Translations under genes and position numbers: made by a program
The notes under the pieces: generated by a model
Told to the model about the DNA's origin: nothing
What the model saw: the letters and a program-made list of their open reading frames with translations, nothing else
The model's database searches: none
From: a virus
Length of the DNA: 64,000 nt
Strand: one strand, 5' to 3'
IMG/VR virus record: IMGVR_UViG_3300046170_000524
Shown: piece after piece, positions 1 to 9,884 of the stretch
Layout: every line of letters starts with the position of its first letter
Position numbering within the stretch: the stretch's first letter is position 1

Positions 1-1
1 T

Positions 2-373
2 CCCACAGAGGACATATTTTTCTTGCTTCAAAAAACAAATATTTTTATAAAAAAAAGAATGATGGGAAGAATGGGTTTTATATGGACTTACATGATAACC
101 TCTCCTTCTTTAAGGGATTTATACAAAGTGACCCCCATGCCATGGGCTAAAGGTTATAGTTGGCTACAAGAGCTTGAGGGTAGAGGTATACCAAATATAG
201 GTCAGTACATGTATAAACAAATAAATTCAAGCAGATCGCAAGCAGGTTTTCAAAGCAAAAATAGATCAAGCGGAGGATCATTAAAAATTCCTTATGTAAA
301 AAAAATGCTATTAGATTTTGAAAATAAGTTGAATGCAATCGAAGCTTCTAGAGTATCAGCTAAAAACTTTTAA
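2..373 (+). CDS. 5'-truncated putative virion morphogenesis (neck/tail-region) protein
   Basis: Frame is open from position 2; lies directly upstream of tail genes. Function inferred from position only. Confidence 0.4.
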   Translation, partial: PTEDIFFLLQKTNIFIKKRMMGRMGFIWTYMITSPSLRDLYKVTPMPWAKGYSWLQELEGRGIPNIGQYMYKQINSSRSQAGFQSKNRSSGGSLKIPYVKKMLLDFENKLNAIEASRVSAKNF

Positions 374-375
374 AA

Positions 376-1224
376 ATGAAACCCCAGTTCCAGCACGAAT
401 TAACTACAAGCTTTATGCTTTGGGCCGATAATTTTATAACAAACACGGCAGAAGCTTACCAGAATTATACATCTCCACTATATCCAATGGATGCAGATGA
501 CCAATTAGGGGAGGATTTTGTGACATATAGTAGCCCTCATAAGCAATGGGTTTTCGATGAAAGCGTAGAGGGAGCGCAAATACCAAGCGGAATTTACAAT
601 AACGGAGAATTTATAAAAAGAGGGGATAGCGGCTTAATATTAGATTTTGATGATGGACGAGTAATATTAGATTCTTCTTTTGGGGCAAACAATATGACAT
701 TAAGCGGACAATATTCTGTAAAAGAATTTAATTTCTACATAACCAATCAAACAGAAGAGCAGTTAATAATAGACAGTAAATTTGACTCAAACGGAAGATT
801 TAAGCAAGAATTATCTGGCATCGCTCCACATAAACAAGTGATACCTGCGATCTTTGTTAATCCAGAATTAGTTCAAAATGAAGCATTTGCATTTGGAGGA
901 GAAGACAAAACAACAACAAATATAAGATGTGTAGTTTTCGCAGAAAACACTTTTCAGCTAGATGGAGCTCTATCTGTTTTCACAGATTCAAAAAACGAAG
1001 TATTCTCTAAGCTTGATTTTTCAGATTATCCATTAAATGAATTCGGAGATGTAACAGGATTTAATTATAAAACTGTAGCGACAGAAAAAAAATCAAGACT
1101 CTTTCACATAGAAGACGTCAGGGCATCTAAGCTAAGCGATCGCGTAAGTAAAAACATAGATCAATCATTATTTATTGGTTTTTTGGATTTTGAAGTTACT
1201 AATTTAAGATTTCCTAGACAATAA
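376..1224 (+). CDS. putative tail completion/terminator-type structural protein
   Basis: 282 aa, immediately upstream of the tail tube-like gene; positional inference. Confidence 0.4.
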   Translation: MKPQFQHELTTSFMLWADNFITNTAEAYQNYTSPLYPMDADDQLGEDFVTYSSPHKQWVFDESVEGAQIPSGIYNNGEFIKRGDSGLILDFDDGRVILDSSFGANNMTLSGQYSVKEFNFYITNQTEEQLIIDSKFDSNGRFKQELSGIAPHKQVIPAIFVNPELVQNEAFAFGGEDKTTTNIRCVVFAENTFQLDGALSVFTDSKNEVFSKLDFSDYPLNEFGDVTGFNYKTVATEKKSRLFHIEDVRASKLSDRVSKNIDQSLFIGFLDFEVTNLRFPRQ

Positions 1225-1287
1225 AGTTCCCTTTATAACATAAAAAATGTAATTTTAAACAGAAATTTAACCTTATATCAAAATATC

Positions 1288-2562
1288 ATGGCAAATAGAG
1301 CAAGAGTAATTTATCAAAGCGAGGCGTTGTATGCCGGAACAGTTGATGCAACAGGCCATCACTTTACCGCTTCAACAGATAATTGGGCAAGTAAAACAGG
1401 TTACGCAACCCAAGCAGAAGCGGATGCAATAAACGGACAAGTTAGAACAGGTATAATGCAACTTCGCAGAGTTCAAAGTGCAAATTATAGTTTCACAGTA
1501 AATAGAGAAGACGTAAATCAATTCGGTCAACTAGCGAGAATAGATTCAGTTTCACTTGAGCCGCCAACAGTAACTTTAGATTTTTCGTACTACCTAACGA
1601 ATGGAATTAATGAAAGAATCCTAGGGTTTAACGTAGATGGTCAAACTTCAGCTTTGGCTTCAGATATATTACTAGGTAAAACAGAAAATGCAGAAAACCC
1701 AGGAGGAAAAAACTTTTTTATATTAACCACTCCGGAAGCCTCAGATGCAGTAGGCAATCAAGATAGTGATACAGAGAAAAATGTTATAGCCCTAGGAAAT
1801 GGTTTTGTATCTAATTATTCAATTGAAGCTTCAGTAGGAGGAATGCCAACGGCGAACGTAACTATTGACGGGTTTAATTTAAGAAGTTACGCTTCAACAA
1901 AAGACCTAGAATTACCAGCTATAAATACTACATACGGTATACCCGTAACAGGCATGGAATTTTCACTTCCACCAGCCATTAGTGGAGTACATGATGTAGA
2001 TTCAGAAATTGACTTCGGCAAAGAAGGTGTTTCTTGCTTAAGGCCTGGAGACATACATATGGCATTAGGTAATGCGGGAAGAGCTGGATTATTTGAACCT
2101 CTACCTTTTTCCGACCCAGAAAAAGATTATGATGCAGGAAGCGCACACATTCAGAGCTTTAGTATTGATGTTCCTGTTTCAAGAAGCACAATCAATAGAC
2201 TCGGAAATCCATATGGATATAGTAAAGTTGTAGACTTTCCATTAAACATTTCGGTTTCAGTAAGTGCAATTCTTTCAGATTTAAAAGAAGGTAATGTTAC
2301 AGATATGCTTTTTGATGATGAACAACACGATCTGCAATTCGTACTCAGGGAACCTAATCAATTTGGAACAGGAGATACTGCAATGATCTATACAATTAAA
2401 AATGCAAGATTAGAAGGTGAATCATTCAGTTCTTCAATTGGAGACAACAAGACGGTAGACCTAACCTTTAGTGCTCAAGTCGGAGGACCACAAGACACAG
2501 GTAACGGTTTATTTATATCCGGCTCCAGAAATGCAACTGGAATACATGAATATTTTGCTTGA
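1288..2562 (+). CDS. putative major tail (tube) protein
   Basis: 424 aa, G/S/T/A-rich beta-type sequence (RVQSANYSF, SIEASVGGMPTANVT, TVDLTFSAQVGG); followed by a strong terminator; has a paralog at 2613-4973. Confidence 0.6.
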   Translation: MANRARVIYQSEALYAGTVDATGHHFTASTDNWASKTGYATQAEADAINGQVRTGIMQLRRVQSANYSFTVNREDVNQFGQLARIDSVSLEPPTVTLDFSYYLTNGINERILGFNVDGQTSALASDILLGKTENAENPGGKNFFILTTPEASDAVGNQDSDTEKNVIALGNGFVSNYSIEASVGGMPTANVTIDGFNLRSYASTKDLELPAINTTYGIPVTGMEFSLPPAISGVHDVDSEIDFGKEGVSCLRPGDIHMALGNAGRAGLFEPLPFSDPEKDYDAGSAHIQSFSIDVPVSRSTINRLGNPYGYSKVVDFPLNISVSVSAILSDLKEGNVTDMLFDDEQHDLQFVLREPNQFGTGDTAMIYTIKNARLEGESFSSSIGDNKTVDLTFSAQVGGPQDTGNGLFISGSRNATGIHEYFA

Positions 2563-2584
2563 TTTTTGATATAATTAAGTAACT

Positions 2585-2614
2585 AAAAAACCCCCGTTTT
2601 ACGGGGGTTTTTTT
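2585..2614. terminator. bidirectional intrinsic terminator
   Basis: AAAAAA-CCCCCG-TTTTA-CGGGGG-TTTTTTT between convergent genes. Confidence 0.9.
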
Positions 2615-4973
2615 ATTTAGTTAAAGCTATCTTTTTAACACCTAACTCAGTCACCATATAACAGAAGCTTGACTCAATAATTTTAAATCCCACTTCAGAA
2701 TAAACGGGGGTTAAAGAACTATCAATAAGAGGCACTTTTGCCCATTCAAATTCATCAATGCATATGTATAAAAATTCTCCATTAGTAGATAATTCCTCAG
2801 CAAGAAATTCCCCTGAAACGCTTCGATAAACTATAGAGTATCTAGTTTTGTAATTACCAAAATACAAATAATCATTTTGAAAATATATAAAACCTTCAAC
2901 AGGAACCTCAACTCTTTGCGTTGACGAGCCAATAGTATTAAATACTCTTAAATCGAACTTATAAAGATTTTGAGTAATCTCAATCTCCTCTTTAATTTTA
3001 ATGCCTGTATCCTCGTGAATTAAAAATAGCTCGGCATCATCTAACAAAAACTCATACTCTACGGGGTAATCATAAAATGGATCAGTTAACTCTAGAGATT
3101 GAGCTTCTGATAATTTTGTAATAAAATCTACAGGAATAACCTGCAATTCATTTGCCCATATTGGAGCGGTATCAATAACATTAACAATTTCTATTCTCAG
3201 TCTTTTTTCTGAAACACCAGCTTCGTTAGACGCTAATACAGTTATTTGATAAATATTCTTACTTTCGTAATCTGGTGGAGTTCTAAAATAAAGATTCAGT
3301 CCTTCATTCAAAATAAATTCAAATCTTTGATCTCCCTGTAGAGAATAATAAACTTTACTATCTCCTTCGTCTATATTTTTATCGAACTCTATCTTAGAAG
3401 TGTCGTTTTCTAAATAAAGTATAACCTCAGCAGGTTTTTCCCATGAAGGAGGTATTTCTGGTATAAATCTAGGATAAATTTTAAATCCGTCTCTTTCACT
3501 AATATCGAAAGACATAGAAGAGCTGACCATTACCTCCGACCCTATAGTATGAGTATAAGTTTGAGCCTTTAACTGTACCCTATTAAATTCAAAAGTTATA
3601 TTATTTGCTATTTTAAATAATGCTATATTTGATATATTTTTTTTATCTATAGCTATAAGAGGAAACCTCCTCCAACCAAGAATCGTTTTAATATATACAA
3701 AATGTTTAGTGATTACTTTTTGACCGATATTATAGCCGCTAAAAGAAACGCTTGTTTCAGCTAAAGCTATTTTCCCTTTAGATTCAGAATCTATAGAAAC
3801 ATAATAAAAATCGCAATTTTGACTAATTTTTTCTTGAGGGGCATTAAAAGGGCCTGACCCCTGATAAGGTAAATATCCGCTTTCAACAACTACTTTTTTA
3901 TATCTCCAAATATTACCTCCTATATTTATGTAATAGTTATTTCCATCACAGAAAAAATCTCCAGCATCTCCACGCGTTGACTTAGGTTTAATCGGTTGAT
4001 TTACTATGATTTCATATGTATCACTTTCAGTCAAAAAAGTTTCTGTTGCGTCTTTATTTAGCTCCCTTAGTACCATATCTATAGACATATTTCCAATAAT
4101 TGGAAGCTTAAGTTTTTTATTAAAGGCATAATTGCTTCCCATTCCGTAAATATCTTGTCTAGGAATTGGAATATCTATATCTAGATTTTGAATTGCGGCG
4201 TGCACTGAATCCAATACATTACCACCCCGATCCCCACTTAACTTAATTATTGAAGAAGTTATATCTCCCGCTGCGGTAGCGGAAACTTCCCGAGAAGTAT
4301 GCGGGTCAAACGCAGTGTCGGACTCGTGATAAAAATTATCTATAGCAAAAGAGCTTAAAGATACCTCTTCCTGACTCTTCGAGTTGTCTGGGCCTAACTT
4401 TATTGATGGTAGTTTTGGTTTTGATTCAGTGGAATACAGATCAAAACTCATATTCAATCCGCTATAAGATAATTCCGCAGTGGCAAGTTTACCTACAGAC
4501 AAGTTATACTTATAACTCACTAAAAAAGCATTACCAATCCCTATTACATTAAAATTTTCAAAATCAGCTTCGCTAGGCAAAAGGTTCAAATCCTCATGCT
4601 CATTTTTATTCGAAGTGACAACAATAATATTAATATCGTCGGTATTACTTTTGCTTATAAAATCTTTTAACACGCTATACTCTTGACTTAAGTGAAACCC
4701 AGCAGATTTCTCATTAATAGCTCCTGCAAATAAGTAAGATATCGCGCAATTTACCTCTGGACCTCTAATTACTGGACTTTGATAATTTCTAGTGATAAGC
4801 CTATCGCTACCTATAGCTTTAATATCCGATGAAACATGAGCGAAACTGTAATTCATACCCTGAACACGTATTAAGTTTCTGTAAATAGAACCTTCTTCCT
4901 TAAAACCTGGAGAGTTGGTTAGCAAAATCCCCAACCTCTCATAGGTTAACCTATCAATTACTCCTTGTGCCAT
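2613..4973 (-). CDS. tail-tube paralog with insertion and C-terminal cadherin-like domains
   Basis: N-terminal half aligns by eye with 1288-2562 (RVQGMNYSF; NVIGIGNAFLVSY; IQNLDIDIPIPRQDI); PDYESKNIYQITVLASN...IVNVIDTAP is cadherin-like. Confidence 0.6.
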   Translation of the reverse strand: MAQGVIDRLTYERLGILLTNSPGFKEEGSIYRNLIRVQGMNYSFAHVSSDIKAIGSDRLITRNYQSPVIRGPEVNCAISYLFAGAINEKSAGFHLSQEYSVLKDFISKSNTDDINIIVVTSNKNEHEDLNLLPSEADFENFNVIGIGNAFLVSYKYNLSVGKLATAELSYSGLNMSFDLYSTESKPKLPSIKLGPDNSKSQEEVSLSSFAIDNFYHESDTAFDPHTSREVSATAAGDITSSIIKLSGDRGGNVLDSVHAAIQNLDIDIPIPRQDIYGMGSNYAFNKKLKLPIIGNMSIDMVLRELNKDATETFLTESDTYEIIVNQPIKPKSTRGDAGDFFCDGNNYYINIGGNIWRYKKVVVESGYLPYQGSGPFNAPQEKISQNCDFYYVSIDSESKGKIALAETSVSFSGYNIGQKVITKHFVYIKTILGWRRFPLIAIDKKNISNIALFKIANNITFEFNRVQLKAQTYTHTIGSEVMVSSSMSFDISERDGFKIYPRFIPEIPPSWEKPAEVILYLENDTSKIEFDKNIDEGDSKVYYSLQGDQRFEFILNEGLNLYFRTPPDYESKNIYQITVLASNEAGVSEKRLRIEIVNVIDTAPIWANELQVIPVDFITKLSEAQSLELTDPFYDYPVEYEFLLDDAELFLIHEDTGIKIKEEIEITQNLYKFDLRVFNTIGSSTQRVEVPVEGFIYFQNDYLYFGNYKTRYSIVYRSVSGEFLAEELSTNGEFLYICIDEFEWAKVPLIDSSLTPVYSEVGFKIIESSFCYMVTELGVKKIALTK

Positions 4974-4978
4974 TAAAG

Positions 4979-5012
4979 TTATTACACAATTTCTTCTATT
5001 TTAGTGTAATAA
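4979..5012. promoter_or_regulatory. back-to-back GTGTAATAA motifs (candidate late promoters)
   Basis: TTATTACAC 4979-4987 and GTGTAATAA 5004-5012 form an inverted pair between divergent structural genes. Confidence 0.6.
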
Positions 5013-5024
5013 AGCTTACTTGTT

Positions 5025-6077
5025 ATGCCAAATCAAAGAATATCAGAACTAAATGAAAAACTTAAATTAAATTCTAATTGTTTGGGGTATATAAAGTTCA
5101 GGGATGCTACCGATGCGGTTAGTACTGATAACAATAAATTACTCTTAATAGCTAAAGAGAGAAGTTACAACAAAAAAACTTCTTTTGCTAATCTTAAAAA
5201 ATCTATATTAGATTCATCTTTACAAAATAATTTAGATCAAAATATAAATGGGAAGAAAATATTTGTAAACAAATGTTCTTTTAGAGAGGTTGCAGATAAA
5301 CAAGTTGAAAACTTATACAAAGACAGCTATATAAATCAGTCAAATACAAACAGTGATCCTTATGCTAAATTTCAAGAAAAACAAATACTTCTCTCCGCGA
5401 GCAATAAAGTAAACTTTTCAAAGTCAGTTTCATTTTCTGAAAAAAACGGACTTAGTATAGGAAAATTACAAAACTTAGGGTCATTAAATACATCCGGCAA
5501 AACCTATATACCAAATATATACATAAAAGAAAATGGAGTTTATAAAAAAGTTGAAAACCAAGAAAATCAAGATAATAATATTTATTTTAACCAAAAATTA
5601 CAGGCCGAAAAAAATATACACAAAATATATCTACCAAAAACTTTTAAATATAAACCAGTTATATCTGTAAACTTATTAAACAATAATCAAGAAAATTTCA
5701 TAGCTTATACTATATTTAATGTAACTGAATTAAGTTTTTATATCAAATTCGATCAAGCATTAAATTCAAACAACTACAGCGTAGACATCTCCGCCTTCAG
5801 TCCGTCTACATTAGATAATTCAAACACAAACCCTTTAAATGATTCAAAAAAAATACAAAGATTCCATACATTATTAAATCAAGATAACACAACTCATACA
5901 ATAAACTTTCCATTTAGCTATAATTCTACCCCAGTAATTCATGTTTCAATTGAAAATGAAGAAATTCCGCCTGTTTATTCAGTCAGCAACATAACAAATA
6001 ATTCATTTGAAATAAAATTCCAAAATAGCACGGGAACAGATTTCATAATTCATACTTTATCGCAAGAAATAAATTAA
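5025..6077 (+). CDS. tail fibre-associated protein with tandem H-type-lectin-like C-terminal repeats
   Basis: N-terminal RISEL and DQNINGKKIF motifs typical of fibre proteins; two repeats (IYLPKTFKYKPVISV; INFPFSYNSTPVIHV). Confidence 0.5.
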   Translation: MPNQRISELNEKLKLNSNCLGYIKFRDATDAVSTDNNKLLLIAKERSYNKKTSFANLKKSILDSSLQNNLDQNINGKKIFVNKCSFREVADKQVENLYKDSYINQSNTNSDPYAKFQEKQILLSASNKVNFSKSVSFSEKNGLSIGKLQNLGSLNTSGKTYIPNIYIKENGVYKKVENQENQDNNIYFNQKLQAEKNIHKIYLPKTFKYKPVISVNLLNNNQENFIAYTIFNVTELSFYIKFDQALNSNNYSVDISAFSPSTLDNSNTNPLNDSKKIQRFHTLLNQDNTTHTINFPFSYNSTPVIHVSIENEEIPPVYSVSNITNNSFEIKFQNSTGTDFIIHTLSQEIN

Positions 6078-6079
6078 AA

Positions 6080-7111
6080 ATGGCAACAAATAATAGAATA
6101 TCAAGTTTCGAAGATCAAGAATCGCTTTCATCTTTTGACAATTCTTTCATTCAATCTGACTTCAATTCATCAATAGGTAATGACGACGACGATGTATTAT
6201 TTCTAATAACCACATCTGGAATAGGGAATGAAAAAATTAGTTTTAAAAATTTAAAAAAATCAATACTAGATACATCCGTATTACTAAGTGGAGATCAAAA
6301 TATTAGAGGGCAAAAAACTTTTCTTCAAGAATGCCTATTTATTGGAGGAGTAGATATAGCTTCGCATAGCGTAGAGGATTACATATATCATTCGGGAGAT
6401 CCATCTACCTATATACAATTTGATTCTGGCGAAATAAATCTATCTGCAGCTAATGCTATCACAATAGATAGCAGCGGTAGTTTCATGTCAATAAGCAACT
6501 CAGGTGCGGTTTCTATAAATTCTCATGAAAAATCGGGAGCTTTAAATGTTAGTGGAGACGCCTTTCTAGATGAAGTTTTCATCTTAAATTCAAATGAGCA
6601 ATTTCAAAAATTAACTTCAAGCGTAGAAGATTCTGTTAATTTTACAATAAACTTAAATCAAGGAGATTCTATTCATACCATCGACCTACCTAAAACTTTT
6701 GAAGAGCCCCCATCGATTTTCCTAACCCTAGAAGAAACAGATGTTAATAAGTCAATATCTCAATTTCAATATTCATTAAATAATATTAAAGAATCTAGTT
6801 TCGAAATTTCATTTCTTTCACCGCTGGCCAGCGACTCGATTAACATGCATGTATTAGCTAAACCAAAAGGAGTTTCTTCGAGCCCTCAAACAAAAACTAT
6901 ATCTTTTACAAAAGATTTAAATTCAGGAGAGTCTTCTTTTCAAGTTGACTTTCCTGAGATATTTAACGATAAGCCGATAATATCTACATCTCTAGAAGCT
7001 TCATTTCAGCAATCTTATATACTGCAAAATACAACAATAGGAAACTTTCAGATATTGTTTGAATCTGGATTACAGCAAGACGCAAAGCTACATATTCACG
7101 CAACAAGATAA
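6080..7111 (+). CDS. tail fibre-associated protein, paralog of 5025-6077
   Basis: RISSF and DQNIRGQKTF motifs; repeats IDLPKTFEEPPSIFL and VDFPEIFNDKPIIST. Confidence 0.5.
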   Translation: MATNNRISSFEDQESLSSFDNSFIQSDFNSSIGNDDDDVLFLITTSGIGNEKISFKNLKKSILDTSVLLSGDQNIRGQKTFLQECLFIGGVDIASHSVEDYIYHSGDPSTYIQFDSGEINLSAANAITIDSSGSFMSISNSGAVSINSHEKSGALNVSGDAFLDEVFILNSNEQFQKLTSSVEDSVNFTINLNQGDSIHTIDLPKTFEEPPSIFLTLEETDVNKSISQFQYSLNNIKESSFEISFLSPLASDSINMHVLAKPKGVSSSPQTKTISFTKDLNSGESSFQVDFPEIFNDKPIISTSLEASFQQSYILQNTTIGNFQILFESGLQQDAKLHIHATR

Positions 7112-7114
7112 AGC

Positions 7115-7143
7115 TTGACATTTAATTTCATACCTGCTATAAT
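7115..7143 (+). promoter_or_regulatory. sigma70-type promoter, leaderless
   Basis: TTGACA-17 nt-TATAAT; ATG 6 nt later at 7150. Confidence 0.9.
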
Positions 7144-7149
7144 TCAGGC

Positions 7150-7689
7150 ATGAATAATTTATTGTATAGAACTAAATGTTATTTAGTAGGCCACATGCAA
7201 TACGTTAGTGGCAGAAACTGGAGAGAGCATGTAACAGAAAAGTTAGGCCCACTGGGAATAACTTGCTTTGATCCTTATAAAAAACCATTCATTAAAGACG
7301 TAGAAGAAGATGAAGCCTCTCGCCAAGAAATGGAAACTTGGATGAAGACTAAGCAATACGATAGAGTTACAGATCGAATGAAAACGGTTCGAGCGTATGA
7401 TCTAAATTTAGTTGATCGAAGCGATTTTATAATAGCCCACCTTGTTCCTGAAGTCGCAAGCTGGGGTAGCGCAGAGGAGATCGTAACTGCAGTTAGAGAG
7501 AAAAAACCTGTTTTTGTTAGCATGGAAGGTGGAAAATCAAAAACCCCACTTTGGATGCTTGGAATGTTTCCTCATAAATATATTTATAACACAGTAGATG
7601 AAATAATTGACATGCTATTTGCAATAGATTGCGGCAACAAACCTATAGATTCAGACAGATGGAGATTACTTCAAAAAAAATTTAGATGA
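7150..7689 (+). CDS. nucleoside 2-deoxyribosyltransferase-like / nucleotide hydrolase
   Basis: YLVGHM...WRE...CFDP, DLNLVDRSDFIIA, SWGSAEE motifs of the NDT fold. Confidence 0.75.
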   Translation: MNNLLYRTKCYLVGHMQYVSGRNWREHVTEKLGPLGITCFDPYKKPFIKDVEEDEASRQEMETWMKTKQYDRVTDRMKTVRAYDLNLVDRSDFIIAHLVPEVASWGSAEEIVTAVREKKPVFVSMEGGKSKTPLWMLGMFPHKYIYNTVDEIIDMLFAIDCGNKPIDSDRWRLLQKKFR

Positions 7690-7808
7690 TACACATATTA
7701 GCTACGGCATATTTTGAATTCTTTCCTGGGGACTGGCTTTTTTTTGGAGCCTTAGGCACAGTTATTTGGTTTATAAAATCAAAAAATGATGATAACTTTT
7801 ATGGATAA
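7686..7808 (+). CDS. 40-aa membrane protein (not in ORF track)
   Basis: MIHILATAYFEFFPGDWLFFGALGTVIWFIKSKNDDNFYG; overlaps both neighbours at stop/start junctions. Confidence 0.55.
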   Translation: MIHILATAYFEFFPGDWLFFGALGTVIWFIKSKNDDNFYG

Positions 7809-8775
7809 GCAATATAAATATTCAGACATCGTGCTGACTCCTGAGTATAGTGAATGCACCAGTAGGTCAGAGTGTGACACAAGCGTGAAATTTTGTGGAT
7901 TTAATTTCAAGCTTCCAATTATTCCTGCAAATATGCAATCTGTTATCAACATGAGTCTAGCAAAATGGATGAGTCAAAATGATTATTTTTATATTATGCA
8001 CCGATTTCATAATGATCTCGCAGATAATGTAGCTATTGCAAATGCCGAGAACTGGAAGATAATATCCTTTAGCGTAGGAGTTCAAGACTCAGATCAAGAT
8101 AAAATACATAAAATAAAAAAGCGCGGAAACGTCATTGACTTTCTAACAATAGATATCGCGCACGGTCATTCAAAAAAAATGATTGATATGATTAAATTTA
8201 TCAAAAAAGAGTTGCCGAGCACAAAAATTATAGCGGGTAACGTAGCGACTCGACAAGCTGTGATTGACTTAGCTAATGCAGGAGCAGACGTAGTAAAAGT
8301 TGGAATCGGCCAAGGCTCTCCTTGTACTACAAAAGATAAAACCGGGTTTACACTACCTATGTTTAGTTGTACAAAATCTTGTAGTTCAGTATATATTGGC
8401 GAAGATGAAGATAATTTAAACAAAGTTCCAATTATTGCAGACGGAGGAGTTACATGTAACGGAGATATCACAAAGGCTATTGTTGCTGGCGCGGACATGG
8501 TTATGGCAGGAGGTTTATTTGCGAGCTGCGTGGATAGTCCTGCCACCGTGATAGAAATTAATGGAGAGTTCCACAAAGCTTATTTTGGTTCAGCAAGCTA
8601 TGAAAATAAAAAACATCGCAACCACATCGAAGGCAAACTCAATAAAATAAAAAACAACGGAATGACATATGACCAAAAATTGCAAGAAATAAAACAAGAC
8701 TTACAAAGCTCAATCTCTTATGCAGGTGGTCGAGATGTGAGCGTTTTACAAAAAACTAAATATTTATATCAATAG
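7801..8775 (+). CDS. guaC: GMP reductase
   Basis: IDIAHGHS, KVGIGQGSPCTT, IIADGG, AGADMVMAGGLF, YFGSAS; size fits GuaC, no CBS domains. Start 7801 preferred. Confidence 0.9.
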   Translation: MDKQYKYSDIVLTPEYSECTSRSECDTSVKFCGFNFKLPIIPANMQSVINMSLAKWMSQNDYFYIMHRFHNDLADNVAIANAENWKIISFSVGVQDSDQDKIHKIKKRGNVIDFLTIDIAHGHSKKMIDMIKFIKKELPSTKIIAGNVATRQAVIDLANAGADVVKVGIGQGSPCTTKDKTGFTLPMFSCTKSCSSVYIGEDEDNLNKVPIIADGGVTCNGDITKAIVAGADMVMAGGLFASCVDSPATVIEINGEFHKAYFGSASYENKKHRNHIEGKLNKIKNNGMTYDQKLQEIKQDLQSSISYAGGRDVSVLQKTKYLYQ

Positions 8776-8778
8776 CAC

Positions 8779-8807
8779 TTGACATTTATATTTTTTTATA
8801 CTATAAT
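8779..8807 (+). promoter_or_regulatory. sigma70-type promoter, leaderless
   Basis: TTGACA-17-TATAAT; ATG at 8815. Confidence 0.85.
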
Positions 8808-8814
8808 CAGTACC

Positions 8815-8988
8815 ATGAACAAATCAATAGCAAAAGAAATAAGAAAAATCATTAACCATGATACAAAACTTTCTGACGCAACCCAAAAGCGAGTATATTC
8901 TCGTGCAAAAAAACAATACACAAAACTCAGTAAAGGAGCAAAACCTTTATTTTTAGAAGAACTTAAAAATTTATATAAACAAAATTAA
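8815..8988 (+). CDS. small basic hypothetical protein
   Basis: Start moved to the ATG just after the promoter. Confidence 0.6.
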   Translation: MNKSIAKEIRKIINHDTKLSDATQKRVYSRAKKQYTKLSKGAKPLFLEELKNLYKQN

Positions 8989-8990
8989 TT

Positions 8991-9314
8991 ATGGAAAATC
9001 AAGCACAAGATAAGCAACAATCAGAGTGGCGCAACCGTGAGCTAGGAGCTCTTTGGGTGCGCAGTGGAAAGAATCAAAAATATCTTTCAGGAACAATCAA
9101 TGTCGAAACTATGCCAGGAGTTACAGAGCCTGTAAAAGTAGTTGTATTCACCAATAAAGGTCGAGATAAAAATGAAAGAGCGCCAGATTATGTAATTTAT
9201 AGATCCGAAGAGGCATCTCAAGATAAAACTAATGTCGAGCAAGTCGCAAAGCAAGCGGCGGAAGAAGTAAAGTCGACTCAAAGCAATGAAGATATCCCTG
9301 AAGAATTATTTTAA
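8991..9314 (+). CDS. DUF736-like protein (possible ssDNA-binding)
   Basis: LGALW...KYLSG...VVFTN...APDYVIY pattern with acidic C-tail (EDIPEELF). Confidence 0.5.
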   Translation: MENQAQDKQQSEWRNRELGALWVRSGKNQKYLSGTINVETMPGVTEPVKVVVFTNKGRDKNERAPDYVIYRSEEASQDKTNVEQVAKQAAEEVKSTQSNEDIPEELF

Positions 9315-9316
9315 TT

Positions 9317-9502
9317 ATGGAAAAACAATTTTGGCATAGTAAAAAATTCTGGGCAGCGGTAGTTGCTGCGGGTGTACCTATTGTAAATCATTTCTTTAAT
9401 CTAGGTTTAACGCAAGAAATTGTAATGCAAATCGTAAGTCCGGTCGTAGCATATATCTTAGGTCAAGGTCTTGCAGATTTAGGTAAAAATAAAAACAATT
9501 GA
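9317..9502 (+). CDS. small holin-like membrane protein
   Basis: SKKFWAAVVAA...YILGQGLAD, two hydrophobic helices, basic C-terminus. Confidence 0.5.
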   Translation: MEKQFWHSKKFWAAVVAAGVPIVNHFFNLGLTQEIVMQIVSPVVAYILGQGLADLGKNKNN

Positions 9503-9512
9503 TCTTTGAAAA
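9500..9512 (+). promoter_or_regulatory. boxA-like antitermination element
   Basis: TGATCTTTGAAAA directly upstream of tmRNA; resembles rRNA-leader boxA. Confidence 0.5.
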
Positions 9513-9516
9513 TTAT

Positions 9517-9884
9517 GGGCGTATACTGGATTCGATTTAAATTGAATTTGTATACTGCAAGTAGGAGTGTGTCTGGCTCCTAAATAAGACACAAATCATT
9601 ACATGGCAAAAATCTTAGTCGTGTTGAAAGCTTCGCTCCAAAAAGCGAAGTTTTCGCTTTGGCAGCGTAACACCTGTCACCTCGCAACTTTTGACGCAGA
9701 TAGAAAGATTGCGGGGTCATCAATCTGCAAAAACAGATAAAAGTTTTCTTGTATCACAAACTGAAAATAATTGAAACAAAAAGTTGGATGTTAATATCAT
9801 AACTTTAAAAAAAATTAACTAAACTTGTAGATGTATATCTCTGAAAATTTAAAGACGCGGGTTCAACTCCCGCTACGTCCACCA
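9517..9884 (+). ncRNA. ssrA: tmRNA
   Basis: Acceptor GGGCGTA/TACGTCC with G3:U, discriminator A plus CCA, T-arm GCGGG-TTCAACT-CCCGC; tag ORF 9605-9670 GKNLSRVESFAPKSEVFALAA*. Confidence 0.95.
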
